Shown: piece by piece, positions 1 through 7,294 of the stretch
Position numbering within the stretch: the stretch's first letter is position 1
Layout of the letters: every line of letters starts with the position of its first letter
From: a virus
Taxonomy: Duplodnaviria > Caudoviricetes
Virus record (IMG/VR): IMGVR_UViG_3300008255_000288
Coordinates: 1-34,749 of that record
Length of the DNA: 34,749 nucleotides
Reading direction: 5' to 3' (one strand)
Notes under the pieces: generated by a model
Databases searched by the model: none
The model's input: the letters and a program-made list of their open reading frames with translations, nothing else
Told to the model about the DNA's origin: nothing
Program-made: the position numbers and the translations under genes

Positions 1-43
1 GATCAGCAAATCTCAATAGGTTCGATTCCTCCTGCACGGCACC
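1..43 (+). pseudogene. Possible degenerate tRNA 3' half (tRNA-Cys-like), cut by the window edge
   Basis: GGTTCGATTCC T-loop motif at 19-29, preceded by GATCAGCAAATC (resembles a GCA anticodon arm) and followed by ...GGCACC. The T-stem has only 3 pairs and there is no CCA. Confidence 0.3.
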
Positions 44-336
44 TACGATACTAATTTCCTAATGACTAGATACCGTTCCCAGGCTGAGCGCAAAGTTGGG
101 TTTTTGCTTCTCAAAACCCTTTCTTGAAAACGCTTTTCTTCTGATTTTTTGAGCTCTTCGGTTAAAGCCCGATTCTGACGTTGAAGGGCATCTATCTTTC
201 TTTGAAGAATTTCTGTTGTCTGAAGTTGACGGGTGAACCTCTTCTTGAATTTCTCCAGATCCTTAATTTTATCCAATTCTCGTTGGATAGTTAGATCTGA
301 TTGCGTTTTTCGACCTTTGCGGTGTAATTTAGCCAT
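43..336 (-). CDS. Hypothetical coiled-coil phage protein (97 aa)
   Basis: ORF with AGG upstream and a sigma70-like promoter. Heptad-like charged sequence; C-terminal NPTLRSAWERY helix resembles a motif seen in small phage proteins. Confidence 0.75.
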   Translation of the reverse strand: MAKLHRKGRKTQSDLTIQRELDKIKDLEKFKKRFTRQLQTTEILQRKIDALQRQNRALTEELKKSEEKRFQERVLRSKNPTLRSAWERYLVIRKLVS

Positions 337-363
337 GACAACCTATAAGATTTGATTTATCAC

Positions 364-392
364 AATCTAAACTCTTTCACAAAAAATGTCAA
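364..392 (-). promoter_or_regulatory. Sigma70-like early promoter for 43..336
   Basis: Minus strand: TTGACA (392-387), 17 nt spacer, TAGATT (369-364). Confidence 0.65.
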
Positions 393-403
393 GCATCCTT
401 GGG

Positions 404-409
404 TAAATA
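404..409 (+). promoter_or_regulatory. Late promoter core TAAATA
   Basis: TAAATA just upstream of RBS GAGGAG (413-418) and ATG 426; matches the core of the T4 TATAAATA late promoter. Confidence 0.7.
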
Positions 410-425
410 CATGAGGAGCGATAAA

Positions 426-1601
426 ATGACATTTCGATTATATGACAAAAATCTGAACACAGATTACAACTTCTTTGATGATGTTGTCCGGGAACAATTT
501 CAAGTTGGCGGTACGATTGTCTATGTCCACAAATACCTCGGGCCCGGAGAGAATTATGCCTCGAATGCATTAGAGCCGGGATACCTCGACGGATCTTCTG
601 AAACCGATATCGGTGATTATTTGTTCCTCCAAAACAAGAACAGGCGATATTCAGCTGATGTGTATGAACTCTATGTTCACTATCCAATTCAAGACACCTC
701 ATTCGATCTTATGCAGTTTGGTTTGGCACTTTCAGGTTCAGATACCATATATGTGACTGCACATATAAACGATATGCTAGAGAGGATCGGCAGAAAGCTG
801 ATGGCCGGCGACGTTTTGGAATTTGCACATATGCGAGATTATGATCTTCTTGATCCGAATTCTGAAGCAATAAACAGATTTTACGTCATTCAAGACGGCG
901 ACCGCCCTTCTGAAGGATTCAGTCCAACTTGGAGACCGCATATTTGGAGAGTCCGAGCAACACCACTAATTGATTCCCCAGAGTTCAAAGGGATTATTAA
1001 CAAAATTAACCAGACTCCGTCCGGGCCAGGTTTGGGTCCAGCAACAGGCGGCGGAACTCTAGGAGATCTGTTATCAACACGAGATAAAGAATTGTTTATC
1101 ATGGATACCATTTTGGAACAAGCTGAATCCGAAGTTCCGCTTTTCCAAATGGACCAACACCACCTTTGGGTTGATATAAATGAAGCCGGGAAAATTGTTC
1201 TATACGATGAAAGAAAGATTGGAACTGTTCCGGGGGACGGAGCGCCGCCTAATCTAAATCAAGACGACGTTGAATTCGGGTCATTGTTTCCGGATCCACC
1301 AAGTGATGGTGAATTCTTCCTTAGAATCGATTACAATCCTCCAAAACTTTTCCAATATGATGGATCAACCGGTGCGTGGAGATATTACGAAACCGATTTC
1401 CGTAGGGCTTGGTCCCCGGCTGGAAAATTATTAACTGATATGGTAAATAACACCGATACCTTCGTCGGTGCTGATAAAGAAACATTCCAATCAAGGATGG
1501 GATTAACAGAAGTTATGAAAGCACGAGAGGATCTTGGGTCAGCCATCGAATCAGCTAGAACATACATATTTTCTGACGAATTCGGCAGTGAATTCGATTA
1601 A
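426..1601 (+). CDS. Neck / head-closure protein (T4 gp14-like)
   Basis: DYNFFD..VREQF.VGGT..YVHKYLGP, FLQNKNRRYS.DVYEL, FDLMQFGL and GRKLMAGDVLE motifs; upstream of a gp15-like gene. Start moved from 399 to ATG 426 because of RBS GAGGAG. Confidence 0.8.
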   Translation: MTFRLYDKNLNTDYNFFDDVVREQFQVGGTIVYVHKYLGPGENYASNALEPGYLDGSSETDIGDYLFLQNKNRRYSADVYELYVHYPIQDTSFDLMQFGLALSGSDTIYVTAHINDMLERIGRKLMAGDVLEFAHMRDYDLLDPNSEAINRFYVIQDGDRPSEGFSPTWRPHIWRVRATPLIDSPEFKGIINKINQTPSGPGLGPATGGGTLGDLLSTRDKELFIMDTILEQAESEVPLFQMDQHHLWVDINEAGKIVLYDERKIGTVPGDGAPPNLNQDDVEFGSLFPDPPSDGEFFLRIDYNPPKLFQYDGSTGAWRYYETDFRRAWSPAGKLLTDMVNNTDTFVGADKETFQSRMGLTEVMKAREDLGSAIESARTYIFSDEFGSEFD

Positions 1602-1612
1602 GGAGTTTCAAA

Positions 1613-2212
1613 ATGACAGACACAGTACGAACACAGACCGCATTATTGACTACGTTGTTCCAAGATGGGCAGGCACCTGGATCAATATCTGCGCAGGATA
1701 TGCGAGATTTAATAGTAAGCTTACGAAATAACCAAGGCGGTGGCTGGTCAATGCACACTGATTCAACCTATACGGCCGGCAGTCCGCTTAGTATTCCAGT
1801 CGATACCAGAACAAAACTGACCATAGATGGATTAGGATCTGATACCAACACCACATATGCTCCACCAGATGGCGCGATCTGGGATTCAATAAACAATCGA
1901 CTTACTCCAAATGTCGTGGGTTCTGCATTTGATTTGCGTCTATCGATATTTTCTTCGTACGATTCCGGGGCATCAGCAAAGCTGGATCTGGAAATTGATA
2001 TCGGAGGATCAATCGGAAATGTTTATATTCAACATAACATCTTCGCAAAGGGTCCAAATGAGACGAATGAGATGGCTTGGAGTGTACCAATTTTCACGTT
2101 AGATACTTTTGTTGCGAACGGAGGCACACTCTATATTACTCCAAGAGAATCAGCAATAAAAATTTGGAATATCAAATTAATGATTACCCAAACCTTCAAA
2201 CCAACGGTCTAA
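1613..2212 (+). CDS. Putative virion structural protein (199 aa)
   Basis: RBS AAGGAG; lies between neck and terminator genes. N-terminal LFQDGQAPGSISAQDMRDLIVSL followed by a beta-rich domain. Confidence 0.65.
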   Translation: MTDTVRTQTALLTTLFQDGQAPGSISAQDMRDLIVSLRNNQGGGWSMHTDSTYTAGSPLSIPVDTRTKLTIDGLGSDTNTTYAPPDGAIWDSINNRLTPNVVGSAFDLRLSIFSSYDSGASAKLDLEIDIGGSIGNVYIQHNIFAKGPNETNEMAWSVPIFTLDTFVANGGTLYITPRESAIKIWNIKLMITQTFKPTV

Positions 2213-2216
2213 TTAA

Positions 2217-3572
2217 ATGGCAAGTTTAGAGTATTTCTACGGCGGCGACATTCGAAGAACAATCATCCATTTCGGGCGATTGTTTATGGGTTTGCAAATT
2301 TCGAACGGAATCGATATAGATGGTGAGGAACAGCTTCAGCGTGTTCCTTGTCGCTTTGCTACTTCTGACCGACAAGTCTTACAAATTCTAAGGAATAACT
2401 CTGAAAATGCCATGCTTGCGGCTCCATTCATCAGCTACTATATCACCAACTTAGACATAGCCCGCGATAGAGTTCGCAACTATACAAGCACGAACGACAT
2501 TTCGATGGCGGAAAGATCCTACCAGGAAGGAAGTGGATATACCGATAGACTTGGCAACACCTACCAAATCGAAAGAATGAATCCTTCCCCTTTGGACATC
2601 GAATTCAATGTTGATATTTGGACGACGATGGTCGAACACAAGCTGCAACTTCTTGAACAGATTCGATTGATCTACAATCCAGCAATTACCATGCAGACAT
2701 CAACGAGTCCACTTGATTGGACCGCTATGCAAGAAGTTGAACTACGAAATATCAGTTTCACGTCTAGAAGCATGCCTGTAGGAACTGAGGACAGTCTCGA
2801 CATCGCAAGCTTGACGTTCAAAGTAGAATCCTGGATTTCGGCTCCAGCTAAGGTCACACGAACCAAATTAATTGAAACGATTTTTACCAATGTAGGTGAA
2901 GGATCGACTGATGAAGATATATTTGGATGGGATCTTGCAAATATCAGCAGAACAGTCTACACACCAAATGATGCGTTCATACGAGTGAATGAAACCTATG
3001 ATGAAATCACATTGCTTGATAAATGGGGAAATCCGACGACAACAACATGGGAAGATGTTTTCAATTCATACGGTAAATATGAAGCCGGACAAACGCAAAT
3101 TCGCCTTCGAGCTCTTGTGACTGATGAAGCAGATGGAACTGCAGATATTTATGGAACAGTAGTTTTAGATCCGGATAACCCCGATATTCTGCAATGGACT
3201 ATTGATGTTGATACGCTACCAAGTACGACGTTGACTGCCGTAGACGGTGTGATTAACCCTAGAACAAGTTTTCCCGGAAGCAGTCTTCCTGCGGCAGCCC
3301 TGGGACAGCGTTATCTAATTCTTCAAGACCTTGGGTCAACTGGTACGAGCACCGTGGCTTGGGGAAATCTTGTTGCATCAAACAATGACATCATTCAGTA
3401 TGATGGAGCAAATTGGAATGTCGTTTTCGATTCAAGTGAAAACTCTGCAACGCAGTTTGTGGGAACAATCGCCGGGAACAAACGCTACCAATGGACTGCA
3501 GAAAATGGTTGGATTGACCCGATTGCCGGAGTCTGGCGGCCCGCGTGGTGGAGAATCGCGATAAACGATTAA
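2217..3572 (+). CDS. Tail terminator / sheath stabilizer (T4 gp15-like) with C-terminal extension
   Basis: YFYGGDIRRTIIHFGRLF, RVPCRFA, P.PLDIEFNVDIWT...HKLQLLEQI...YNP and LTFKVESWISAPAKV match the gp15 pattern. C-terminal GQRYLI...AWG...NDIIQYDGANW resembles DUF2793. Confidence 0.85.
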   Translation: MASLEYFYGGDIRRTIIHFGRLFMGLQISNGIDIDGEEQLQRVPCRFATSDRQVLQILRNNSENAMLAAPFISYYITNLDIARDRVRNYTSTNDISMAERSYQEGSGYTDRLGNTYQIERMNPSPLDIEFNVDIWTTMVEHKLQLLEQIRLIYNPAITMQTSTSPLDWTAMQEVELRNISFTSRSMPVGTEDSLDIASLTFKVESWISAPAKVTRTKLIETIFTNVGEGSTDEDIFGWDLANISRTVYTPNDAFIRVNETYDEITLLDKWGNPTTTTWEDVFNSYGKYEAGQTQIRLRALVTDEADGTADIYGTVVLDPDNPDILQWTIDVDTLPSTTLTAVDGVINPRTSFPGSSLPAAALGQRYLILQDLGSTGTSTVAWGNLVASNNDIIQYDGANWNVVFDSSENSATQFVGTIAGNKRYQWTAENGWIDPIAGVWRPAWWRIAIND

Positions 3573-3575
3573 ATA
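3570..3575 (+). promoter_or_regulatory. Late promoter core TAAATA
   Basis: Overlaps the stop of the gp15-like gene; followed by GAGGA and ATG 3595. Confidence 0.6.
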
Positions 3576-3594
3576 ATGGAAAGAGAGGAAATTT

Positions 3595-4125
3595 ATGGCA
3601 GATTCGAAATTATCAGCATTAACAGCGGCGGCTTCCGCAACCGGTACCGATGAAATCTATCTGAATAACGGTGCATCACGAAAAATAACCGTGATCGATT
3701 TTCTTGCGAATTTAATTGACCCTATCATTACCACTGACGACATCACATGCTCGCAACTGATCGCCTTGGCTGATATTGTTGGTGGAGGAAATCTTGAGTT
3801 AGCTGGGTATGTCCGAAAATCAACTCAAGACGGTATGGCCGCCGCTGGGGCTACTCAAGGCACTGCAACATTGCTTTCTTCCCAAGTTAACCGCGTTACC
3901 ACTGTAGTCGCAACTACAGATGATGGAGTTATGTTGCCGGCCGCATTATCAGGAATTGAGGTTCTCGTAATAAACGCACACGCGACCGACGCTTTGGCAA
4001 TTTGGCCAAACACCGGAGATGCTATCGATGGCGGAGCCGTTGATGCTGAAGACGCAAGTCCTTTGGTTGCTGGATCACATCGACGCTACGTCGCACTCGA
4101 TTCAACGAATTGGTATACTGTTTAA
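3595..4125 (+). CDS. Small fibre/decoration-like virion protein (176 aa)
   Basis: N-terminal MADSKLSALTAA..TGTDEI...RKITV motif common in phage fibre proteins; Ala/Thr/Gly rich; late promoter and RBS present. Confidence 0.7.
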   Translation: MADSKLSALTAAASATGTDEIYLNNGASRKITVIDFLANLIDPIITTDDITCSQLIALADIVGGGNLELAGYVRKSTQDGMAAAGATQGTATLLSSQVNRVTTVVATTDDGVMLPAALSGIEVLVINAHATDALAIWPNTGDAIDGGAVDAEDASPLVAGSHRRYVALDSTNWYTV

Positions 4126-4129
4126 CGCG

Positions 4130-4621
4130 TTAGACATCTGGCTTACTTTTCAAAATAACCTCATCACTTATTTTGTATGCCAGTACCGCTTCCTGGTCAT
4201 AATATTCCATCGTCATATCGATAATCTTCTCGATTTCGACTCGCGTCGCAAGAAGTCGAACCGGGATCATTCGTTCTGTGAACAATCGACCTTCGGTGTT
4301 AATCCATTGGCCTCGCGCCGGAGCCAGAATGGACAAACCACCAGAAATTGCCCGGATTTTTTCATCCCAAACTCTATGGAATCGAACCCGAATGGGACGG
4401 CCGTCATTTCGGATTGTCGGAACCAATATTTCCCAGAGACTGCGATCCGTGTTAGAGTAAAACGGCAACTCTCGACCGTTGAAATCAGCAGCTTCCTCTT
4501 CAGTCAAATTCAGACTTCTGCCATCTGTCCCCGGGCATGACAAATTAAGGCAAGTGACAATTCCTCTTTCCATTCGCATGTCGGGTTCTCCGCAATATGG
4601 ACATTTTACCCAGTCACACAT
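4130..4621 (-). CDS. Hypothetical protein with N-terminal Zn ribbon and DUF3574-like C-terminal domain
   Basis: CPYC...CLNLSC, then LVPTIRNDG...GGLSI....GQW...E.......YDQEAVL. Start overlaps the end of the upstream gene. Confidence 0.65.
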   Translation of the reverse strand: MCDWVKCPYCGEPDMRMERGIVTCLNLSCPGTDGRSLNLTEEEAADFNGRELPFYSNTDRSLWEILVPTIRNDGRPIRVRFHRVWDEKIRAISGGLSILAPARGQWINTEGRLFTERMIPVRLLATRVEIEKIIDMTMEYYDQEAVLAYKISDEVILKSKPDV

Positions 4622-5030
4622 ATTTTTCTTGGATTCCTTTCACATGCTTGCATCGGCCTCTAAATCCAAATCCAGTACAAGTACAACTCCATTTTCCGGC
4701 TTTGTGTTTGACAAGATACTGGTTACCTTTTGATCCAGTGACCGTTTCGTTGAAGTCAGGTAGAATTTTCGGTTTTTCAACATCAACTGCTTCGGACCCG
4801 TCAAGATATTCCAGTGCAATAATTGAGCTTTTCGAGATTACCCGAGACCGAAATCCAATTCTAGTATCCGAACCGGCGTGCATTTGAAATTCATCCGGAG
4901 CAAGCCAACGAGCAGGATTCTCAATCTTTCCGACATAGGTCGACGTTTTGGGTGAAAAAGCCAGGTGTCCGGGTTGAATGTAGTTTTCAACCGTAACCTT
5001 CGCTTCTTTGCCTGGAATTGGATCAAACAT
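4614..5030 (-). CDS. SWIM-type zinc-finger protein
   Basis: C-terminal VTGSKGNQYLV...WSCTCTGFGFRGRCKHVK (CxC-x8-CxH); RBS AAGGAG. Confidence 0.8.
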   Translation of the reverse strand: MFDPIPGKEAKVTVENYIQPGHLAFSPKTSTYVGKIENPARWLAPDEFQMHAGSDTRIGFRSRVISKSSIIALEYLDGSEAVDVEKPKILPDFNETVTGSKGNQYLVKHKAGKWSCTCTGFGFRGRCKHVKGIQEKYV

Positions 5031-5050
5031 CAGGTAATCTCCTTATTTAG

Positions 5051-5079
5051 AATGTAACACCTGAATATCGAAATCAAGC
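5051..5079 (-). promoter_or_regulatory. Early promoter-like motif GCTTGATTT-N9-GGTGTTACATT
   Basis: Shares GCTTGATTT and GGTGTTA with the motif at 6329-6358; located directly upstream of 4614..5030. Spacer (15 nt) is short for sigma70. Confidence 0.5.
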
Positions 5080-5408
5080 CTTTTCTTGCATTTTCATAAG
5101 TTCACAAACCGTTTCGTTTTTGGCATCGTTGCTGACCTTAGTCAGCACATTCCACCAGATACGAGCATTGTCCGTGATGTTCTTGTCGCCCTGGCGTTCG
5201 TGTGCTTGACGAACAGCGTTATAAAGTCTTCATGGTCACGAGCGACCTTGTAGATCAGGTATTCGAATTCACCTTCGAATGTTGCACGAGAGCCGACACG
5301 GCCAGAACAATTTTCGTCGTCGAGCTGCGTGAAAATTTTCATCAGACGAGGGTCGATTTTATCGAGCCAAGCCCAATAGTCAGAAAGATAATTAACTTCA
5401 GTAGACAC
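5074..5408 (-). pseudogene. Frameshifted hypothetical gene (ORF track gives 5142..5408)
   Basis: GTG start with AAGGAG RBS. After AAG CAC AC (about 5200) the alternative frame reads ERQGDKNITDNARIWWNVLTKVSNDAKNETVCELMKMQEKA* to TGA at 5076-5074, filling the gap to the next promoter. Confidence 0.55.
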
Positions 5409-5419
5409 GAGTTTTCTCC

Positions 5420-5572
5420 TTAACGATATTTTGGAGGGGTTGATGGATTGAAATTCAGATTTTCGTATCCAAATTTCTGGATAAGATATACATCGTGGTC
5501 ACCAAAAAAATCTCGGCCTTCAATGTATTTCTTACCATTCTGCTCTATCACACGTTGTTTACGGCACATCAT
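5420..5572 (-). CDS. Small hypothetical protein (50 aa, MMCRKQRVIEQNGKKYIEGRDFFGDHDVYLIQKFGYENLNFNPSTPPKYR)
   Basis: Translated by hand. RBS GGAGG; TAATG overlap with the upstream ORF; its stop TAA runs into the next RBS (TAAGGAG). Confidence 0.65.
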   Translation of the reverse strand: MMCRKQRVIEQNGKKYIEGRDFFGDHDVYLIQKFGYENLNFNPSTPPKYR

Positions 5573-5655
5573 TAGAAAGGTCCTCCGTAAATAGCATACA
5601 CGATCAGTGAAACCGAAATCGAGGCGATTCCCATAATAATTCCTTCAATGATCAT
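5572..5655 (-). CDS. Small membrane peptide (27 aa, MIIEGIIMGIASISVSLIVYAIYGGPF)
   Basis: Translated by hand; a single hydrophobic helix. Fills the gap between neighbours, and its stop overlaps the next ATG (TAATG). Confidence 0.5.
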   Translation of the reverse strand: MIIEGIIMGIASISVSLIVYAIYGGPF

Positions 5656-5670
5656 TTTTATCAGATCTCT

Positions 5671-5877
5671 TTAAATTACACCGAAGTGATTTGACCAATG
5701 CCAGACTTGGTATCCAAGAGAAGGATACCAAAAGAACCAGGCAGTTGGGCAAACTAGAAAGAACGGCGGCAGATTGATAGAGTTGCCGATGCTCACTGCA
5801 AACATTTTCACTGAGCCAGTGAGAACAATAACGGAGGTGACGAGAAAAAACCCAATGTAGACATATTCCATTGTCAT
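5671..5877 (-). CDS. Small membrane protein
   Basis: Hydrophobic segments YVYIGFFLVTSVIVLTG and FFLVCPTAWFFWYP. Start moved from 5904 to ATG 5877 (AGGA upstream). Confidence 0.6.
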   Translation of the reverse strand: MTMEYVYIGFFLVTSVIVLTGSVKMFAVSIGNSINLPPFFLVCPTAWFFWYPSLGYQVWHWSNHFGVI

Positions 5878-5893
5878 ATTCCTATCAAATGGT

Positions 5894-6292
5894 TCAATAC
5901 ACAAGTTCGAACTTGCGGCCGGCCAGGGCTTCCAGTTCCTGGTGTTCAGCCATCAGCATACGCCGCTTCTTGCTGGCCTGTGCATGGCTGATTTCACCAT
6001 CACAGTAGAGATTTTCGGGTGAAAGATCACATGCGATCGAATCAGCCCAGTCCTTGAATTCAGTTTCCGTTTCCGGCATCTTAGCGTCTTTGTTGAAGAT
6101 TCGTTTCCACTCGAGGCGTCGTTCCATGTAGAACGTTGCCGACTTCTCTTTCTGAGCCTGAATCTTCTGAAGCTTGGACGCGGTCGCTTTGTAATGCTTG
6201 CCGTCCTTCTCAAGGATGAACGAACGCTTGTGAGTTCCGGAGATCTTATAGACTTCACCGTTGAGTTCAACTTCCTGACCAATTTTGAACAT
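5894..6292 (-). CDS. Hypothetical early phage protein with LSPENLxCDGE motif (132 aa)
   Basis: RBS AAGGA; first gene after an early promoter; DLSPENLYCDGEIS motif recurs in phage hypothetical proteins. Confidence 0.8.
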   Translation of the reverse strand: MFKIGQEVELNGEVYKISGTHKRSFILEKDGKHYKATASKLQKIQAQKEKSATFYMERRLEWKRIFNKDAKMPETETEFKDWADSIACDLSPENLYCDGEISHAQASKKRRMLMAEHQELEALAGRKFELVY

Positions 6293-6328
6293 TTTCGATC
6301 CTTTCGATGTGTTCTTCAGTGTCTAAAA

Positions 6329-6358
6329 AGTATAACACCAAGTTGAATAAAATCAAGC
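6329..6358 (-). promoter_or_regulatory. Sigma70-like early promoter with extended -10
   Basis: TTGATT (6356-6351), 16 nt spacer ending TGT, TATACT (6334-6329). Confidence 0.65.
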
Positions 6359-6370
6359 ATTTTTCCAAAC

Positions 6371-6376
6371 TAAATA
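6371..6376 (+). promoter_or_regulatory. Late promoter core TAAATA
   Basis: About 25 nt before the Nudix ATG; AAGGGG RBS lies between. Confidence 0.65.
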
Positions 6377-6401
6377 CGATAATAAAACACAAGGGGATCT
6401 T

Positions 6402-6839
6402 ATGAAAAAAATCAGGGCAACTGGTGGGATTTTTTTATCAGTCCGAACTGGTAGAGTAATGCTAGTTCAGCGGGCACACGATGTCAGTCACCCTAATAAG
6501 TGGGGATTTGTTGGAGGGAAGATCGAGCGGGGAGAAGATGTGCTTTCTGGTCTCTCAAGAGAACTTTCAGAAGAGATTGGATTCGTTCCTCATTTTCTGA
6601 AGGTAATTCCCTTCGATCACTTTGTTTCGGCCGATAATCGATTCGAATATAGTAGTCTGGTGATTGTTACACCAAATGAATTTATTCCAATGCTTAATCA
6701 TGAAAATGTAGGATATTGTTGGGTTAAACCGGGAAACTGGCCAAAGCCTCTCCATCCAGGAGCCAGAGCTTGTCTAGATAATCCGGATCTAATTCAAAAT
6801 CTTGAAAACGTGCGAGAAAAATATAACAATCTTCCTTAG
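6402..6839 (+). CDS. Nudix hydrolase
   Basis: Intact Nudix box GGKIERGEDVLSGLSRELSEEIG (GX5EX7REUXEEXG), plus LNHENVGYCW and PKPLHPG. Confidence 0.92.
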   Translation: MKKIRATGGIFLSVRTGRVMLVQRAHDVSHPNKWGFVGGKIERGEDVLSGLSRELSEEIGFVPHFLKVIPFDHFVSADNRFEYSSLVIVTPNEFIPMLNHENVGYCWVKPGNWPKPLHPGARACLDNPDLIQNLENVREKYNNLP

Positions 6840-6859
6840 TTGTTTGTCATTTTTTCAAC

Positions 6860-7012
6860 TTATGTTGTCTCAAGCGATTTCGTATGTAGAAGTTTCTGAT
6901 CGCCCATTTTCTCTACGTCTCGGCGAAGAACACGCAACTTTGGTAAAATGTCGGCATATCTAAAAACCATTTCATTTTCGGCTAGAAATTCTAAGCATTC
7001 TTTTATATTCAT
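6860..7012 (-). CDS. Small hypothetical protein (50 aa, MNIKECLEFLAENEMVFRYADILPKLRVLRRDVEKMGDQKLLHTKSLETT)
   Basis: Translated by hand; GAGAG upstream; fills the gap between 7037 and the convergent Nudix gene. Confidence 0.45.
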   Translation of the reverse strand: MNIKECLEFLAENEMVFRYADILPKLRVLRRDVEKMGDQKLLHTKSLETT

Positions 7013-7036
7013 TTTCTCTCCAAAGTCACTATCCCT

Positions 7037-7294
7037 TTAAGATAAAGCCACAGCTATGGCGAAGGCGTCATCAGCCGAAAGACCAGATGTACCTGATGTC
7101 GTGGTGATATTCAACCATGACGAACCGTTTGACACCTGAAGATTGGTTCCGTTCCACCGAAGCATCCCGGATGCAGCGGTTGCCACAATACCAGTTCCTG
7201 CTCCAATTTGGAGGGCGCCGTTCGCGTCGCCGATTGTAACGATATTGTCATTCGCTGTCGCGGTGTCGGTTGCATGATTAAATTGAATAGCCAT
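7037..7294 (-). CDS. Small structural/fibre-associated protein (85 aa)
   Basis: TAATG coupling with the upstream gene; GMLRWNGTNLQVSNGSSW fibre-type motif; C-terminal AFAIAVALS. Confidence 0.7.
   Translation of the reverse strand: MAIQFNHATDTATANDNIVTIGDANGALQIGAGTGIVATAASGMLRWNGTNLQVSNGSSWLNITTTSGTSGLSADDAFAIAVALS

Noticed and set aside
4019-4887. Plus-strand ORFs 4019..4540, 4278..4460, 4479..4733 and 4597..4887
   Set aside because: They are antisense to the motif-bearing Zn-ribbon and SWIM genes.
5044-5049. TAAATA on the minus strand before the SWIM gene as a late promoter
   Set aside because: It overlaps the RBS (TAAGGAG), so a transcript from it would lack the RBS. The upstream early motif is the better explanation.
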